Source of the DNA: Octopus bimaculoides
Lineage: Eukaryota
Reading direction: 5' to 3'
Assembly (NCBI RefSeq): GCF_001194135.2
Contig: NC_068983.1
Coordinates: 124,224,137 to 124,281,394, forward strand
Length of the DNA: 57,258 nucleotides
The notes below the pieces were generated by a model. The model did no database searches. It had not been told where the DNA came from and saw only the letters and a program-made list of their open reading frames with translations. The translations under genes were made by a program, and so were the position numbers. This document shows positions 24,901 to 36,959 of the stretch, one piece after another. Every line of letters begins with the position of its first letter. Positions within the stretch are counted from its first letter, which is position 1.

Positions 24901-25959
24901 CTTAGCAGTCCCCTCTCTCTCCAGCTGCTACATCCTCGATGTTCGTAGGTTAGGTCCAAGGGTACGTGAATCAAGAAGGTGTCTGTCTTCTGGCGCTCAA
25001 AATGGCTCCTACAACAATCAAGAAGAGCATGGAACATCCTTCCAAGTCATTCTCGCACGAAAATGATTGTTGAACATTTTTTTAAGAAGCAGAAGGAGAG
25101 AAGGGTGGCTGAATTAGAAGAGCACCATACTGAATAGTTTATAGAGTCTGTTGCATCCTTCTTCGCAGCGGGCCCAATTCCGTTGGCTATCACTTTGTCC
25201 TTCTTCCTTACGGGATCAAGGAAATGAATACCAATTAGGAGATGGGCTATGTAGCCCATTTCGTATGTTAGTTGGTGGGAAGCTTCACCAAAGAGACTTC
25301 ATGAAATGCCTCGTTGCGCTTCTAATGTCTTGAATTCAATTTTTGTAAAAAGCAGTTTTGGTTTTCATATTTTCGAAGTTCAAGAGAATGAGTTTTTATG
25401 AAACACATAACTCAATGCAATCGACCGGAATAACTTCTCCCCCACCCCATATTAGCGATCTTTTGCACATGCTAGAAGTCTATATTTAGAAGGAGAACAA
25501 TGGAGGGAAAATACACGGTAATATATCAGACAAAATAGTCTACTTTATTTAGTTACATTGTTCGAATTGTAATCCCCCTCCCCTACACACATAAATCTAT
25601 ACTCGCTTATAAACACATAGATTTATACATGCCTCTTATATATTTCGATCAATATTCATTCACCAATATACTTTCACTAATACTTTCTCTCTTCTTACAC
25701 AATTTCAATGGTCTTTGTTTCTACCTACACACTTTGATCTACACTCACCCCCTACAATGATGGATTAAAAGGATTAAATAACATCATTACATTACTTTAA
25801 CATCGTACTGTGTTAATACAAATCAATTATGAGTAAATTGCGGCCCACATGGCTTTCCGAATTTCACGCATAATTTCCCGAAGAAAATAATGTTTATCAA
25901 AATTTCATAGTAGTAAACTTGTAGGGCTGAATTTAATTTCTTGAATAGTTTGACGATTG

Positions 25960-28231
25960 GGTATTATTTGATCCCTTCATCCACACGATTTTCACTTAGA
26001 AAAAAAAAAAAATCGGATTTTTTGCGGGGAATCAAGTACTCTGACTTCCTAATATGCTGCAAATCCCTTATTTTGGTTAGGGAAAAGGGGTTGGGTGGGA
26101 AACCGGNNNNNNNNNNNNNNNNNNNNNNNNNNNNNNNNNNNNNNNNNNNNNNNNNNNNNNNNNNNNNNNNNNNNNNNNNNNNNNNNNNNNNNNNNNNNNN
26201 NNNNNNNNNNNNNNNNNNNNNNNNNNNNNNNNNNNNNNNNNNNNNNNNNNNNNNNNNNNNNNNNNNNNNNNNNNNNNNNNNNNNNNNNNNNNNNNNNNNN
26301 NNNNNNNNNNNNNNNNNNNNNNNNNNNNNNNNNNNNNNNNNNNNNNNNNNNNNNNNNNNNNNNNNNNNNNNNNNNNNNNNNNNNNNNNNNNNNNNNNNNN
26401 NNNNNNNNNNNNNNNNNNNNNNNNNNNNNNNNNNNNNNNNNNNNNNNNNNNNNNNNNNNNNNNNNNNNNNNNNNNNNNNNNNNNNNNNNNNNNNCCTAAT
26501 ATGCTGCAAATCTCTTATTTTTGTTCGAAACAGGGGTGGGGTGAGGTGGAAGCCTCTGAAATTATATATATATAGGCGCAGGAGTGGCTGTATGGTAAGT
26601 AGCTTGCTTACCAGCCACATGGTTCCGGGTTCAGTCCCACTGCGTGGCACCTTGGGCAAGTGTCTTCTACTATAGCCTCGGGCCGACAAAAGCCTTGTGA
26701 GTGGATTTGGTAGACGGAAACTGAAAGAAGTCTGTCGTATATATGTATATGTATATATATGTGTGTGTGTGTTTGTTTGTCTGTGTGTTTGTTTGTCTGT
26801 GTGTTTGTTTGTCTGTGTGTTTGCTTGTCTGTGTGTTTGTTTGCCTGTGTGTTTGTTTGTCTGTGTGTTTGTTTGTCTGTGTTTGTCCCCCCTCCCAACA
26901 TCGCTTGACAACTGATGCTTGTGTGTTTACGTCCCTGTAATCTAGCGGTTCGGCAAAAGAGACCGATAGAATAACTACTAGGCTTACAAAGAATAAGTCC
27001 TGGGGTATATCTGCTCGACTAAAGGCGGTGCTCCAGCATGGCCGCAGTCAAATGACTGAAACAAGTAAAAGAGTAAATGAGTATATATCATATTTCGTAT
27101 GTGTATTTCGTGTGCAAGATTCTTGATGTGGATACGTGTGTTGAAAGAAATACAATTAAACCTTGGGAGAGGCATTATGCCGGTAATAAACACACGCACT
27201 GGTTCAGTCCTTTATTAATTTATATAGTTTTTTGTTAAATTATTTCATTGCACTCTTGCAATCTCTTCAGTAACTTGTCTCTCCANNNNNNNNNNNNNNN
27301 NNNNNNNNNNNNNNNNNNNNNNNNNNNNNNNNNNNNNNNNNNNNNNNNNNNNNNNNNNNNNNNNNNNNNNNNNNNNNNNNNNNNNNNNNNNNNNNNNNNN
27401 NNNNNNNNNNNNNNNNNNNNNNNNNNNNNNNNNNNNNNNNNNNNNNNNNNNNNNNNNNNNNNNNNNNNNNNNNNNNNNNNNNNNNNNNNNNNNNNNNNNN
27501 NNNNNNNNNNNNNNNNNNNNNNNNNNNNNNNNNNNNNNNNNNNNNNNNNNNNNNNNNNNNNNNNNNNNNNNNNNNNNNNNNNNNNNNNNNNNNNNNNNNN
27601 NNNNNNNNNNNNNNNNNNNNNNNNNNNNNNNNNNNNNNNNNNNNNNNNNNNNNNNNNNNNNNNNNNNNNNNNNNNNNNNNNNNNNNNNNNNNNNNNNNNN
27701 NNNNNNNNNNNNNNNNNNNNNNNNNNNNNNNNNNNNNNNNNNNNNNNNNNNNNNNNNNNNNNNNNNNNNNNNNNNNNNNNNNNNNNNNNNNNNNNNNNNN
27801 NNNNNNNNNNNNNNNNNNNNNNNNNNNNNNNNNNNNNNNNNNNNNNNNNNNNNNNNNNNNNNNNNNNNNNNNNNNNNNNNNNNNNNNNNNNNNNNNNNNN
27901 NNNNNNNNNNNNNNNNNNNNNNNNNNNNNNNNNNNNNNNNNNNNNNNNNNNNNNNNNNNNNNNNCGAGGCTTCCACCTCACCCCATCCCATTTTCTGGAC
28001 CCTAAAAAGGGTTTTGTAGCATATTAGGAGGTCACCGGAATTCATTCAACGAAAAAAAATTCCAATGATTTTGGGATGCGGGGGTGGGTGGGAGTGTTCG
28101 CCCCCCCCTTTCCGAACAAAAATAAAGGATTTGCAGGACATTAAGAGGTCAGGGTACTTGATTCCACGCAAAAAATCCGAGTTTTTTTTTTCTTAGTGAG
28201 AATCGTGCGGGTGAAAGGATCAAAATTTACC
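25960..28231. mobile_element. Long-TIR foldback element (Merlin-like) with 8-bp TSD, interrupted by gaps and a nested SINE
   Basis: The left arm (25960-26556) and right arm (27966-28231) are inverted, with termini GGTAT and GGTAA. Flanks GACGATTG (25952-25959) and GATGATTG (28232-28239) match 7/8. Confidence 0.8.
26575..27081 (+). mobile_element. Full-length tRNA-derived SINE family A (head, GT-rich linker, 3' module)
   Basis: It has A-box TGGCTGTATGG and B-box GGGTTCAGTCCC, a (gtttgtctgtgt)n linker, and a 3' module ending gactgaaacaagtaaaagagtaaatgag. Confidence 0.9.
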
Positions 28232-28586
28232 GATGATTGCGGGTCGTCCTCTCCAGCAGAATATATTTCTGTTAACTGAATATATTTCTATCAATGCAAC
28301 ACGCCAATACATTTTTATATATAAAAGACGGTCACACTGATTTGAATTATATAGCTATATCTTATGTAAAGAAATCATAATTAACATATAGAATAGGTAA
28401 ATGATATACAATTTCATGAAACATTATGAATTTTGTCAGTTCCCCATGAATAATTATGGTTTAAGCATAAGATAGCGACTTATTAATGTCAACTTTAAAA
28501 CATCTTGAAAATAACAGACGGCTCTTGTCATATATATATGGAAAGATGCACGATAGTGGTTTCTTACTAACATATCATCAATTTGA

Positions 28587-28676
28587 AATAATTAGCGAAA
28601 GCGTGGTAAACGTTACCAGACCGTACTCGCGAACGCGTATGGTTTAGTAACATGTAGCATGCTGTCGCTAATTATT
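28587..28676 (+). other. 90-nt imperfect hairpin
   Basis: 40-bp arms pair without indels (32 Watson-Crick, 3 G-U, 5 mismatches on the plus strand) around a 10-nt loop. Confidence 0.8.
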
Positions 28677-28799
28677 GTAGGTGCTTATGTGGTCACGAAT
28701 AGACAGGGATATAATTACGCCCCCATCCTTCACTCTTGACCAAAAGACACAACAAAGATGAGAAAATCGTGGGGATAAAGAGCTGTGGCGGCATCCTGT

Positions 28800-28935
28800 G
28801 GGTACTCATTTACATTGTGTAGACTGGAGCAACGCGAAATGAAGTGACTTGGACAAGGAAACAACGCAGTTCAGAAATAAAATCCATGACCTTTTGATCA
28901 GAAACAGAACACCCTAACCACTATGCTACATGCTT
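28800..28935 (-). mobile_element. Diverged SINE family B
   Basis: gactggagcaacgcgaaatgaagtgacttggacaaggaaacaacg…accctaaccactatgc parallels 7520-7655. Confidence 0.6.
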
Positions 28936-29003
28936 TCACTTTTATTTAGTAGGATTTAAATCAGGTGAAACACTTGTTAATTATACAACTCAATTAATTG
29001 TAT

Positions 29004-29180
29004 AGCTGGCAGAATCGTTATCAAACCGGACAAAATGCAGAGCAAAAATTTCTTTGGCTCTATGTTCCGAATCCGAATCTCGCCGAGATCAACTTTGCTT
29101 TTACCAGTTGAGAACTGAGGTCGATGTAATCGACCTACCCTCAGCTCACAGTTACTAGCGTTGTGCCAAAGTTAGAATTA
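29004..29180 (+). mobile_element. Diverged SINE family C
   Basis: Contains agctggcagaatcgtta…gccgagatcaactttgcttt…ggtcgatgtaatcgac. Confidence 0.7.
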
Positions 29181-31641
29181 TGCAGCTTAGTTGGCTGCAG
29201 TTTCTGATGATATATATTTACAGCTTAATGTACTGGAATTTAGAACCGCAAATGGTGAATGATTTCAAATAAGAATTCAAACTTTTAACCACTGAGCAAT
29301 TTTGACAAGTTCATAGTTAAAAGTACACTCAGTGTAATGTGCAATCGTCTGAAGGATAGCCAAAAGCCCAGCTTTCTCGTTAAGATGATCGCTTCAGAAC
29401 CACTTGGTTCTGGGTTCAGTATCATGTGCAGCATTTTGGGTGTCTGTTATATATCGATGAAAGATGTAAACAACTGTGCTAAAAGGATATATCAGTTCTT
29501 TTGGATAAAGTACTCTGTGATATTTGTTTCTCAGTGTTGCACAGACAAGCTTTTGTCACTCTCGCCGTGGGAAATGCTGCGAAGTATTGATTTGTTTTAC
29601 TTTTGAGCCTTGTTATAGATTGCAGGAAACAGTTAAAGATTTCAAGTACATGGATTTAATGAATATAAGAACTTGGTTTACGACTGATAAATATTCTCGA
29701 CTAATGAAACAACATGCTCTTTTATACTAATGATGAATACTACGTCTTACAGATGTATATTCGTTTCAGATCAGAAGGTAACTTACTCGTCAAGATACCG
29801 AAGCAGTCTTGAAAAATAATGAATAACAATAAATGAAAAGAATAAGTAATGAAAAAAAAAAGAATGTAAAATGAAATTAGGTTAACCTCCAGTTTTAAAC
29901 ATTTAAATGTTTCTATTTTCGCTGATTCACTCGTTGTTCTCATTTTAGAGTTGACTTAACAGTGATTCGCTACCTTACCAAGCTAAGGCTAAGACTATCT
30001 CGATGTCTGCCAAACAGGAAATAAGTCACTGGGTGCACGGGAAAGCATAAAGAGTATAACCAATTACGTACATAACCAACAACAATCAGCATATTCATGT
30101 TAGGATCTGCCTGAACGTATTGACAACGGATAGGTACGTTATAGATTAGATTGTTGCTGTTTTGTGTGCACCCAATTAATTATTGTCACATACACACACA
30201 CAAACACATGATGGACTTCTTACAGTTTCCGTTAACTAATTTCTTATAGACACAACCGAGGGCATCCGTTTACAAGACTTAGATATAGAACATAAATATG
30301 TATATATCGACGTATATATGCATGCCTATGTGTGTCAAAATAGTTGTTAGATAAAACTGGGAAATATGTAAGAATTATTTTTAATTCAGTGTAGTTATCA
30401 TTGCTCTTTAGTTATTTTCAGCAAACCGAGGTCTGAGCGATAATTTTTTACAGTATATCTATCAACAAACCTCATATAATAATTTCGTGAGCTAATTCAC
30501 AGAAATGTATATTTTGTGGTCTCATGATAATTAGCTTATGAACTTGTAAGTTGTCTAGACACTACGTGGTATGCATGAAATACTGTCTCATTTATGATTT
30601 ATATACTAAACAACTGTTATGGAGGAACCATGACTGAATGAACAAAAACAAGAAATTTGATATGCATTACTCTAATTTATCAAAATTATCGCAATAAGTG
30701 AGTTGTCTGGTCGCAGTTAATGTTATTCGTTTGTTAAATACTAGACAGGAGCGTTGGAACTGCGGTTGAAATAAAGAGTTCCCGAGTTTAACTCCATCTT
30801 GAACATATTAACATATATATTTCATTTGATGATGGACAGAGTTTAAACTATTCCAAACATAGTTTTCCAATAAATACATAGGGAATAAAATGGTCAAAAC
30901 TGAAACCAATGTCTCCAAACGATTTATATTTAGTTTCTACGACAGATATCTGATGCATTTATTGTAGATCCCTGAAGGTAGATAGGAAAATAAAAGAGAG
31001 GACAATGATAAACACGGCCAACAGAGAATATTCAGTATTTACGAATGATATACTATACAAAATGTAGTATTGTATTCTTTTTCATTTGATGCAGTGTAGA
31101 GCGCTAAAAGCGACTTTGGTTATTCTATTTAACTTTTGTCCAAAGTTTGTTCCTGATTATAAGGACGTCTTGCCATTGTCTACCTTCTACAAAAAGTTAC
31201 TAAATAACAAAGATGCATTGCACAGTATTATTCATATCTAATAGGATAAAACTCGCCCAGTTTAGCAATTATCAATGTAGAATTGATAACTGAGTTTTAC
31301 AAATGACATATACAACATGATGGCCCCTTATGGGAAATTAATGTATAAAGCAACGGTAATTATTAAGTGATATTTCTCATTTTATTAACAATGAAGGCCA
31401 GAAGAAACAAATGGCTATGGCACAGTTTTGGGAATTTTCTCATCGCTTTGTGTTTAACCAACTCTGACACATACCGAATAGCTCTTAGTACCATATCAGT
31501 TCTCGTTAACACTATTTGCTTCTTATAATTTTTTTTATAAGCCAACATTAACGCAGAAGGCAACAGAATAATCAAAACTAAAGAAAAAGAATATCTGATT
31601 TGTACATATTTGGCATGTTAAGCTATTTCAGCTTAAGTAAA

Positions 31642-31844
31642 TGTTATGTATGACCAGTAATTCCTGGTTCAAAGAAACTAATTACCAGTCATAGCCAACA
31701 ACAGTAAAGCGTCTTATAGTGTTATCCATGATATTCTCGATTCAACGTATGTTATTCAAAATGGCCGCTCTTTCCCTGATCATTAAAATGCGCATGCCAT
31801 TTATATCAATGGAAGTCACTCAAATTAGCACAATTTGCATAACA
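31642..31844 (-). mobile_element. 3' LTR (203 bp) of a Ty3/Gypsy element
   Basis: Termini TGTTATG…CATAACA form a perfect 7-bp inverted repeat. The LTR is immediately preceded on the minus strand by the PPT AAGGAGGGAGTGAA (31845-31858). Confidence 0.85.
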
Positions 31845-31874
31845 TTCACTCCCTCCTTAAAAAAAAAAACTTTT

Positions 31875-32410
31875 TTATAGATCAAGCCTTTCCGGGGCTT
31901 TCCGAATTCTTTGAGATCGACGCAGTTGAGGGGATTCTTCTTTTTATTTTAGAGGGTTATCTCTAGGAGGCGAAGGCATTTCAGTTAGATCTTTGTCTGG
32001 CCCTTGAGGGACCACAAATGTCTGGGTTAAGTCATCAGTTGTGTTGGTTTTTACTGGTGATGCTAATCATTTCGTAGATACTGTGGTTTCGCGATCGTCT
32101 GGATAACGAACGTGAGAGTATTGGGGTTGGCTTCGATTAAATCAACTTGGTCAACGATAGGGTCATACTTGCTAGTGCGATTGTTCCTTTGCACTAGCAC
32201 AGGTCCTGGGCTGAGAAGCCATGATGACATAGATGTTCCTGTAGCTAAACGTCTTTGATAGTTAAAGAGACGTTCATGAGGAGTGGCGTTGGTGGAGTAC
32301 AAAGTAGAGATCTGATTGAATGTAGCGCGTTTGGAAGAACTGTTTCCCCATGAAGATACTGGAAGGGCACGAGTTTTCAAAGAGAGTTTTCAAAGATACC
32401 AGTCATCTCA
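31875..32410 (-). pseudogene. Gypsy pol C-terminus (end of integrase)
   Basis: Reads LKTRALPVSSW/ETVLPNALHSIRSLLCT/TNATPHERLFNYQRR..WLLSPGPVLVQRNNRTSKYDPIVDQVDLIEANP/YSHVRYPDDRETTVST..LRRSQRIRKAPERLDL*, with frameshifts. Confidence 0.85.
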
Positions 32411-33626
32411 GTTCATATTTTGTCCAAGTGATTCATTTTATTCTCAGGTTATGTAGTTCTCCGGTTATGTAGTTATGACATATTGTCTTTCTAGGATCAT
32501 TTATAAAGTTATCAGTGATCAAATCAAAGTTGGAAGTCGAAAATTTTGCTACCTCATGAAATGAACTTAGATTTAACAGTTTTGTGTGTCATTGAATGTT
32601 TCAATATGTTTTTAGATCAAGTCACTTGCTTGACAAATACAACTTCGAAATTTCAATTTATCAGATATTTTAAAATCCAGAGGAATGGACGCAAAAGTCA
32701 AGCCTTGGTAGCTATGGCAATAAATTCTCTAAGTCAAACACTCTATCCTTCTGTCTCTAAAACAGTAAAATTTGTCTTAAAATCTAAGAGATTCGACTGT
32801 AAAAGTAGAATGGATAGACTTACTGCTTTGTGATTTACTTACATCTGATATGAGTAAAAGTCAACAAAGTATCGATGCAATAAATCCTAGTGATGTTATG
32901 GATGTGGGTTCAATCTATACAACTTTGAATAGAAATTTTTGTCAATGTTTCGAAGTTAAAAGTCTATGAATTTTAGCAAATGCTTTGATACTCAAGCGAA
33001 CTCTAATACTGGAAATACCTGTGAACAATTTTAAAAGTGGTAATTCAGTAGCAATGTACTAAACTTTTTCTAGATATATAACTTCATGTATATCAGAATT
33101 AATTGAAGTTCAAGCTATTACATTTCATTAATTGGATTAAAATATAAAAAATATTTTGTGACATATTATTTTAAAAGCTTTTCACGTAAAAACAAATTTG
33201 TGAGATATTGTGGTAACTAGACCTACGTAATGTTTCGCTACCAAATTAATCTGAGATTAACATTGGTCACAACCCAATGGTACATGCTATTGAGGAGGTA
33301 AGCTTTCTGTGAGCTCAGTCATTAAGGTGCTTACCACTGTCATTTAAGGTATTTCAATTCAGGCCTATCTCAAAAAGATATGAAGGTCGCAACTAATTTT
33401 CTCTTTTCAAAACATATTTCAAATTGTTTCGTAAATTATTGGTCATTTCGAATTTCAAAGTATCTCATTTCTGAGTAACGTTCGAGGTGTTACAGTGTCC
33501 CAGTATTACTATACATTAAGTTGGAAGCAATGAAGACTCTAAAAAATTTAGTTTGGGTTTTGAACTCAAAGATATCACTCGACTGTTGATTATACTTCTC
33601 TGACTGTTGGTTACGAATCAAGACAT

Positions 33627-34850
33627 TTGATTGGGCTAATTTTTGTTCATATGAAGCAGCTCAGATCAGGATGGTCAACAACATCTCACATTGTTGCACT
33701 TAGAAGACTGATAGAGGAAGTTAAGAGCCATAACAGAAAGGCTATCATTATCTATGTAGACTTTAAAAAGGCTTTTGATGCAGTACATAGAGGAATGATG
33801 ATAAAGATACTTAAAGCATATGATATTCCACCAAGAATTCTGAGAGCAATAAGTAAACTGTATGAGAACACCAGAACGAAAGTGATCACTCCTGATGGAG
33901 AGACGGAATATTTTGAAGTCAAAGCTGGAGTATTACAAGGCGACAAGCTAGCACCTTATCTCTTCGCCATCTTTCTGAACTATGTAATATGTAGATTGTA
34001 CGAGGGTAAGGAAGAAGAACTAGGATTCAAACTGCATAGGCAAAGAAGTAGACGGCATCAAGCAGTAACAGTAACTGACCTAGACTATGTTGATGACCTA
34101 GCGTTACTAACAGAGAGGACAGATCAGGTACAGGAGGTGCTGAGCAGATTAGAGCAGGAATCGGGGAAGGTAGGGTTGTACTGTAATGCAAACAAAACAG
34201 AGCTGCAAGTACTCAATCACGAAATGCCTGTGTCAGTGAAAGTGAGAGACGATAAGTCACTGAAGGTAGTTGAAAATTTCAAATATCTTGGTGCGTGGAC
34301 ACAAAGTACTGAAAAAGACATCGTAGCAAGGAAAGCTCTTGCTTGGAGTGCATTCCATAAATTGAGAAAGGTATGGAGTTCAGAGTTAGCAAAGAAATTG
34401 AAAGTGAGGTTGTTTCTAACAACAGTAGAGATTGTTCTTCTAAACGGGGCTGAAACATGGACGCTCACTAAAGCATTGAAGAGGCAGTTGGACAGTTGTT
34501 ATATGAGCATGCTTAGAATGGCACTCAATGTGTCCTGGAAGAGTCATACAACAGACGCCGACTTATACCAAGGACTACCAAAAGTAACATTGAAGATACA
34601 GCGTAGAAGGATGAGGCTGGCTGGACACTGCATCAGACACACCGGTGAAATTGCTAACAAGCTAGTGCTCTGGCAACCAACAGAAAGAAGAACCAAAGAG
34701 GATATTGATATGGAAGGGGTACAGGAGCTGAGGATCATTATGGAAGATCGAGATGAATGGGGAAAACGTGTGGAAACTGTCTTGGGCGTCCTATGGAACG
34801 ACCTAGATGAGATAGATGAGATGATTTATAAAGTGATCAATATGATGTAG
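33627..34850 (+). CDS. RTE-clade LINE reverse transcriptase (5'-truncated ORF2, open for 407 codons)
   Basis: RT motifs are YVDFKKAFD, GVLQGDKLAPYLF, DYVDDLALL and FKYLG, followed by NGAETW and RLAGHC. A short tail agatgagatagatgagatga lies at about 34806-34825. No APE domain is present, and the TTG start is not a real start. Confidence 0.9.
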   Translation: MIGLIFVHMKQLRSGWSTTSHIVALRRLIEEVKSHNRKAIIIYVDFKKAFDAVHRGMMIKILKAYDIPPRILRAISKLYENTRTKVITPDGETEYFEVKAGVLQGDKLAPYLFAIFLNYVICRLYEGKEEELGFKLHRQRSRRHQAVTVTDLDYVDDLALLTERTDQVQEVLSRLEQESGKVGLYCNANKTELQVLNHEMPVSVKVRDDKSLKVVENFKYLGAWTQSTEKDIVARKALAWSAFHKLRKVWSSELAKKLKVRLFLTTVEIVLLNGAETWTLTKALKRQLDSCYMSMLRMALNVSWKSHTTDADLYQGLPKVTLKIQRRRMRLAGHCIRHTGEIANKLVLWQPTERRTKEDIDMEGVQELRIIMEDRDEWGKRVETVLGVLWNDLDEIDEMIYKVINMM

Positions 34851-35255
34851 AGTTTGTTCGTGAACTTCCGTATATAGAGGAACACAGTTTTGCATTCTCT
34901 GTAAGGATTAATATCCACTATAGAATTAGAGAAAAGATTGAGAATATAACAATGATAGTATTTATTTTAACAAATTTACTTTTTTGTTTTTATTTTTATT
35001 TTGCGTTTATACCTCAGATACAACAAATGCAGCTTCTCATTATAAATGTTTATCATTTCGATTTTTTAAAGCAGAAAACTATGTACTGAACAAATGAGTA
35101 GAAGGACAGCATGATTAATAACATCTACTTTGGAAGCTCTAATAAATACAATTACAATAACAATGCAAACAACAATAATAATGATAAACAACAAGAACAA
35201 TGTGAACATTTACAACTATGGCGTCAATAATTAATTAATAGGCAGAATTGACAAA

Positions 35256-36410
35256 ATGAAGAAAAAATGACTAAAACTAACTATTAATTACTTCAAAAAT
35301 TACTATTTATTGGCAGGTTCTATTTGGAATTATTATTGTCTCATGTTTGTTAAAGGAATTTACAGCATCAACNNNNNNNNNNNNNNNNNNNNNNNNNNNN
35401 NNNNNNNNNNNNNNNNNNNNNNNNNNNNNNNNNNNNNNNNNNNNNNNNNNNNNNNNNNNNNNNNNNNNNNNNNNNNNNNNNNNNNNNNNNNNNNNNNNNN
35501 NNNNNNNNNNNNNNNNNNNNNNNNNNNNNNNNNNNNNNNNNNNNNNNNNNNNNNNNNNNNNNNNNNNNNNNNNNNNNNNNNNNNCTCTAATCTGCAGGTG
35601 CTTATTTAGAATTCATCAAAATGAAGAAAAAAATGACTAAAACTAACTATTAATTACTTCAAAAATTGCTATTTATTGGCAGGTTTTATTTGGAATTATT
35701 ATTGTCTCATGTTTGTTAAAGGAATTTACAGCATCAACTGCAGCAGCAGCAACAACTACAACCGTTGATTTCTTTATTTGCCACTGGGGCATCGACGAAG
35801 GGGCATTACAAGAACAGGCTACAATTTGTGTGGGTGCTTACATTAAAACAGTAAAGGAAAAAGAAAAGGGCAGTGGGGATGAGGAATATATGAGACGAAC
35901 AAATATACATTAGTATACAAAAATATGTGAAAACATAGATGATGCAGTCCTTTTAATGCAAAAGAGCCTCCAACTAGGGTCAGGCAAATAACCCCACAGA
36001 TTCAGGATCATCCTGACCACCAAGTGTACGAGCTCTCACTCAAATGTTGTTCTCTAATCTGCAGGTGCTTATTTAGAATTCATCAATNNNNNNNNNNNNN
36101 NNNNNNNNNNNNNNNNNNNNNNNNNNNNNNNNNNNNNNNNNNNNNNNNNNNNNNNNNNNNNNNNNNNNNNNNNNNNNNNNNNNNNNNNNNNNNNNNNNNN
36201 NNNNNNNNNNNNNNNNNNNNNNNNNNNNNNNNNNNNNNNNNNNNNNNNNNNNNNNNNNNNNNNNNNNNNNNNNNNNNNNNNNNNNNNNNNNNNNNNNNNN
36301 NNNNNNNNNNNNNNNNNNNNNNNNNNNNNNNNNNNNNNNNNNNNNNNNNNNNNNNNNNCTCACTCAAATGTTGTTCTCTAATCTGCAGGTGCTTATTTAG
36401 AATTCATCAA
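35256..36410. repeat. About 468-bp tandem duplication (2-3 copies) spanning two gaps
   Basis: aatgaagaaaaaatgactaaaac… occurs at about 35256 and 35620. ctctaatctgcaggtgcttatttagaattcatcaa occurs at 35585, 36053 and 36376. Confidence 0.75.
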
Positions 36411-36880
36411 TTCATCCTAACCATGTTCACTACATTCACCCAACTGAAGGAATTGGAGATTCACTGGAGGAGAACACTTCCCTCTCTGCCCTCACTTTCC
36501 TTTTGAAGTGGGACTTGAAAAAGTCACAGAGGTCTTGATCGAAAAAAGTGTCTGTTCTTAGTCCTTTCAGCCTCGAACAAAACAGAAACCCTCCTGCAGT
36601 AGCTAGCAGACAGAGGAGCATTATCTGCTCAGCTATTTTAAAAGAGGACGGGGGTCAAACTTCATGATTGATTCATCTAATAATAGGATCCATCCTACAC
36701 ACAATAATAGTTGTCAGTAATGCGCGGACATTATACGATTGCATGCAGCACGTTTTCGTCGTTCTGCGCACATCTCGGATAGTCTCACTCGATGGTACTT
36801 CCGTGCCTGTAGAGTTTATCTTGAATCAGTTCCTCCATCCGGAGTTATGCATCATAATCCTCACTTAAAAAATTCCCCGA
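35760..36880 (-). mobile_element. L1/Tx1 LINE 3' end (zf-RVT region, ORF2 C-terminus, 3' UTR)
   Basis: Reads DKLYRHGSTIE*DYPRCAQNDENVLHAIV*CPRI and FFKSHFKRKVRAEREVFSSSE..WVNV. AATAAA lies at 35773-35778 on the minus strand. Confidence 0.8.
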
Positions 36881-36959
36881 AAGAGACAGTTCTTCATCGC
36901 CAACGTTATCTAGAGTTTCCTCGAGAACGTCTTCGATTTTATCCATTACAAGTTCTCTA

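Noticed and set aside
24900-25330. Moderately GC-rich segment with short ORFs on both strands
   Set aside because: No recognisable motif in any frame I could read; probably a decayed repeat.
32546-32860. TLYPSVSKTVKF..SRMDRLTAL resembling a hAT dimerisation domain
   Set aside because: The similarity is too short and lacks the ERSFS motif, so it cannot be supported without a profile search.
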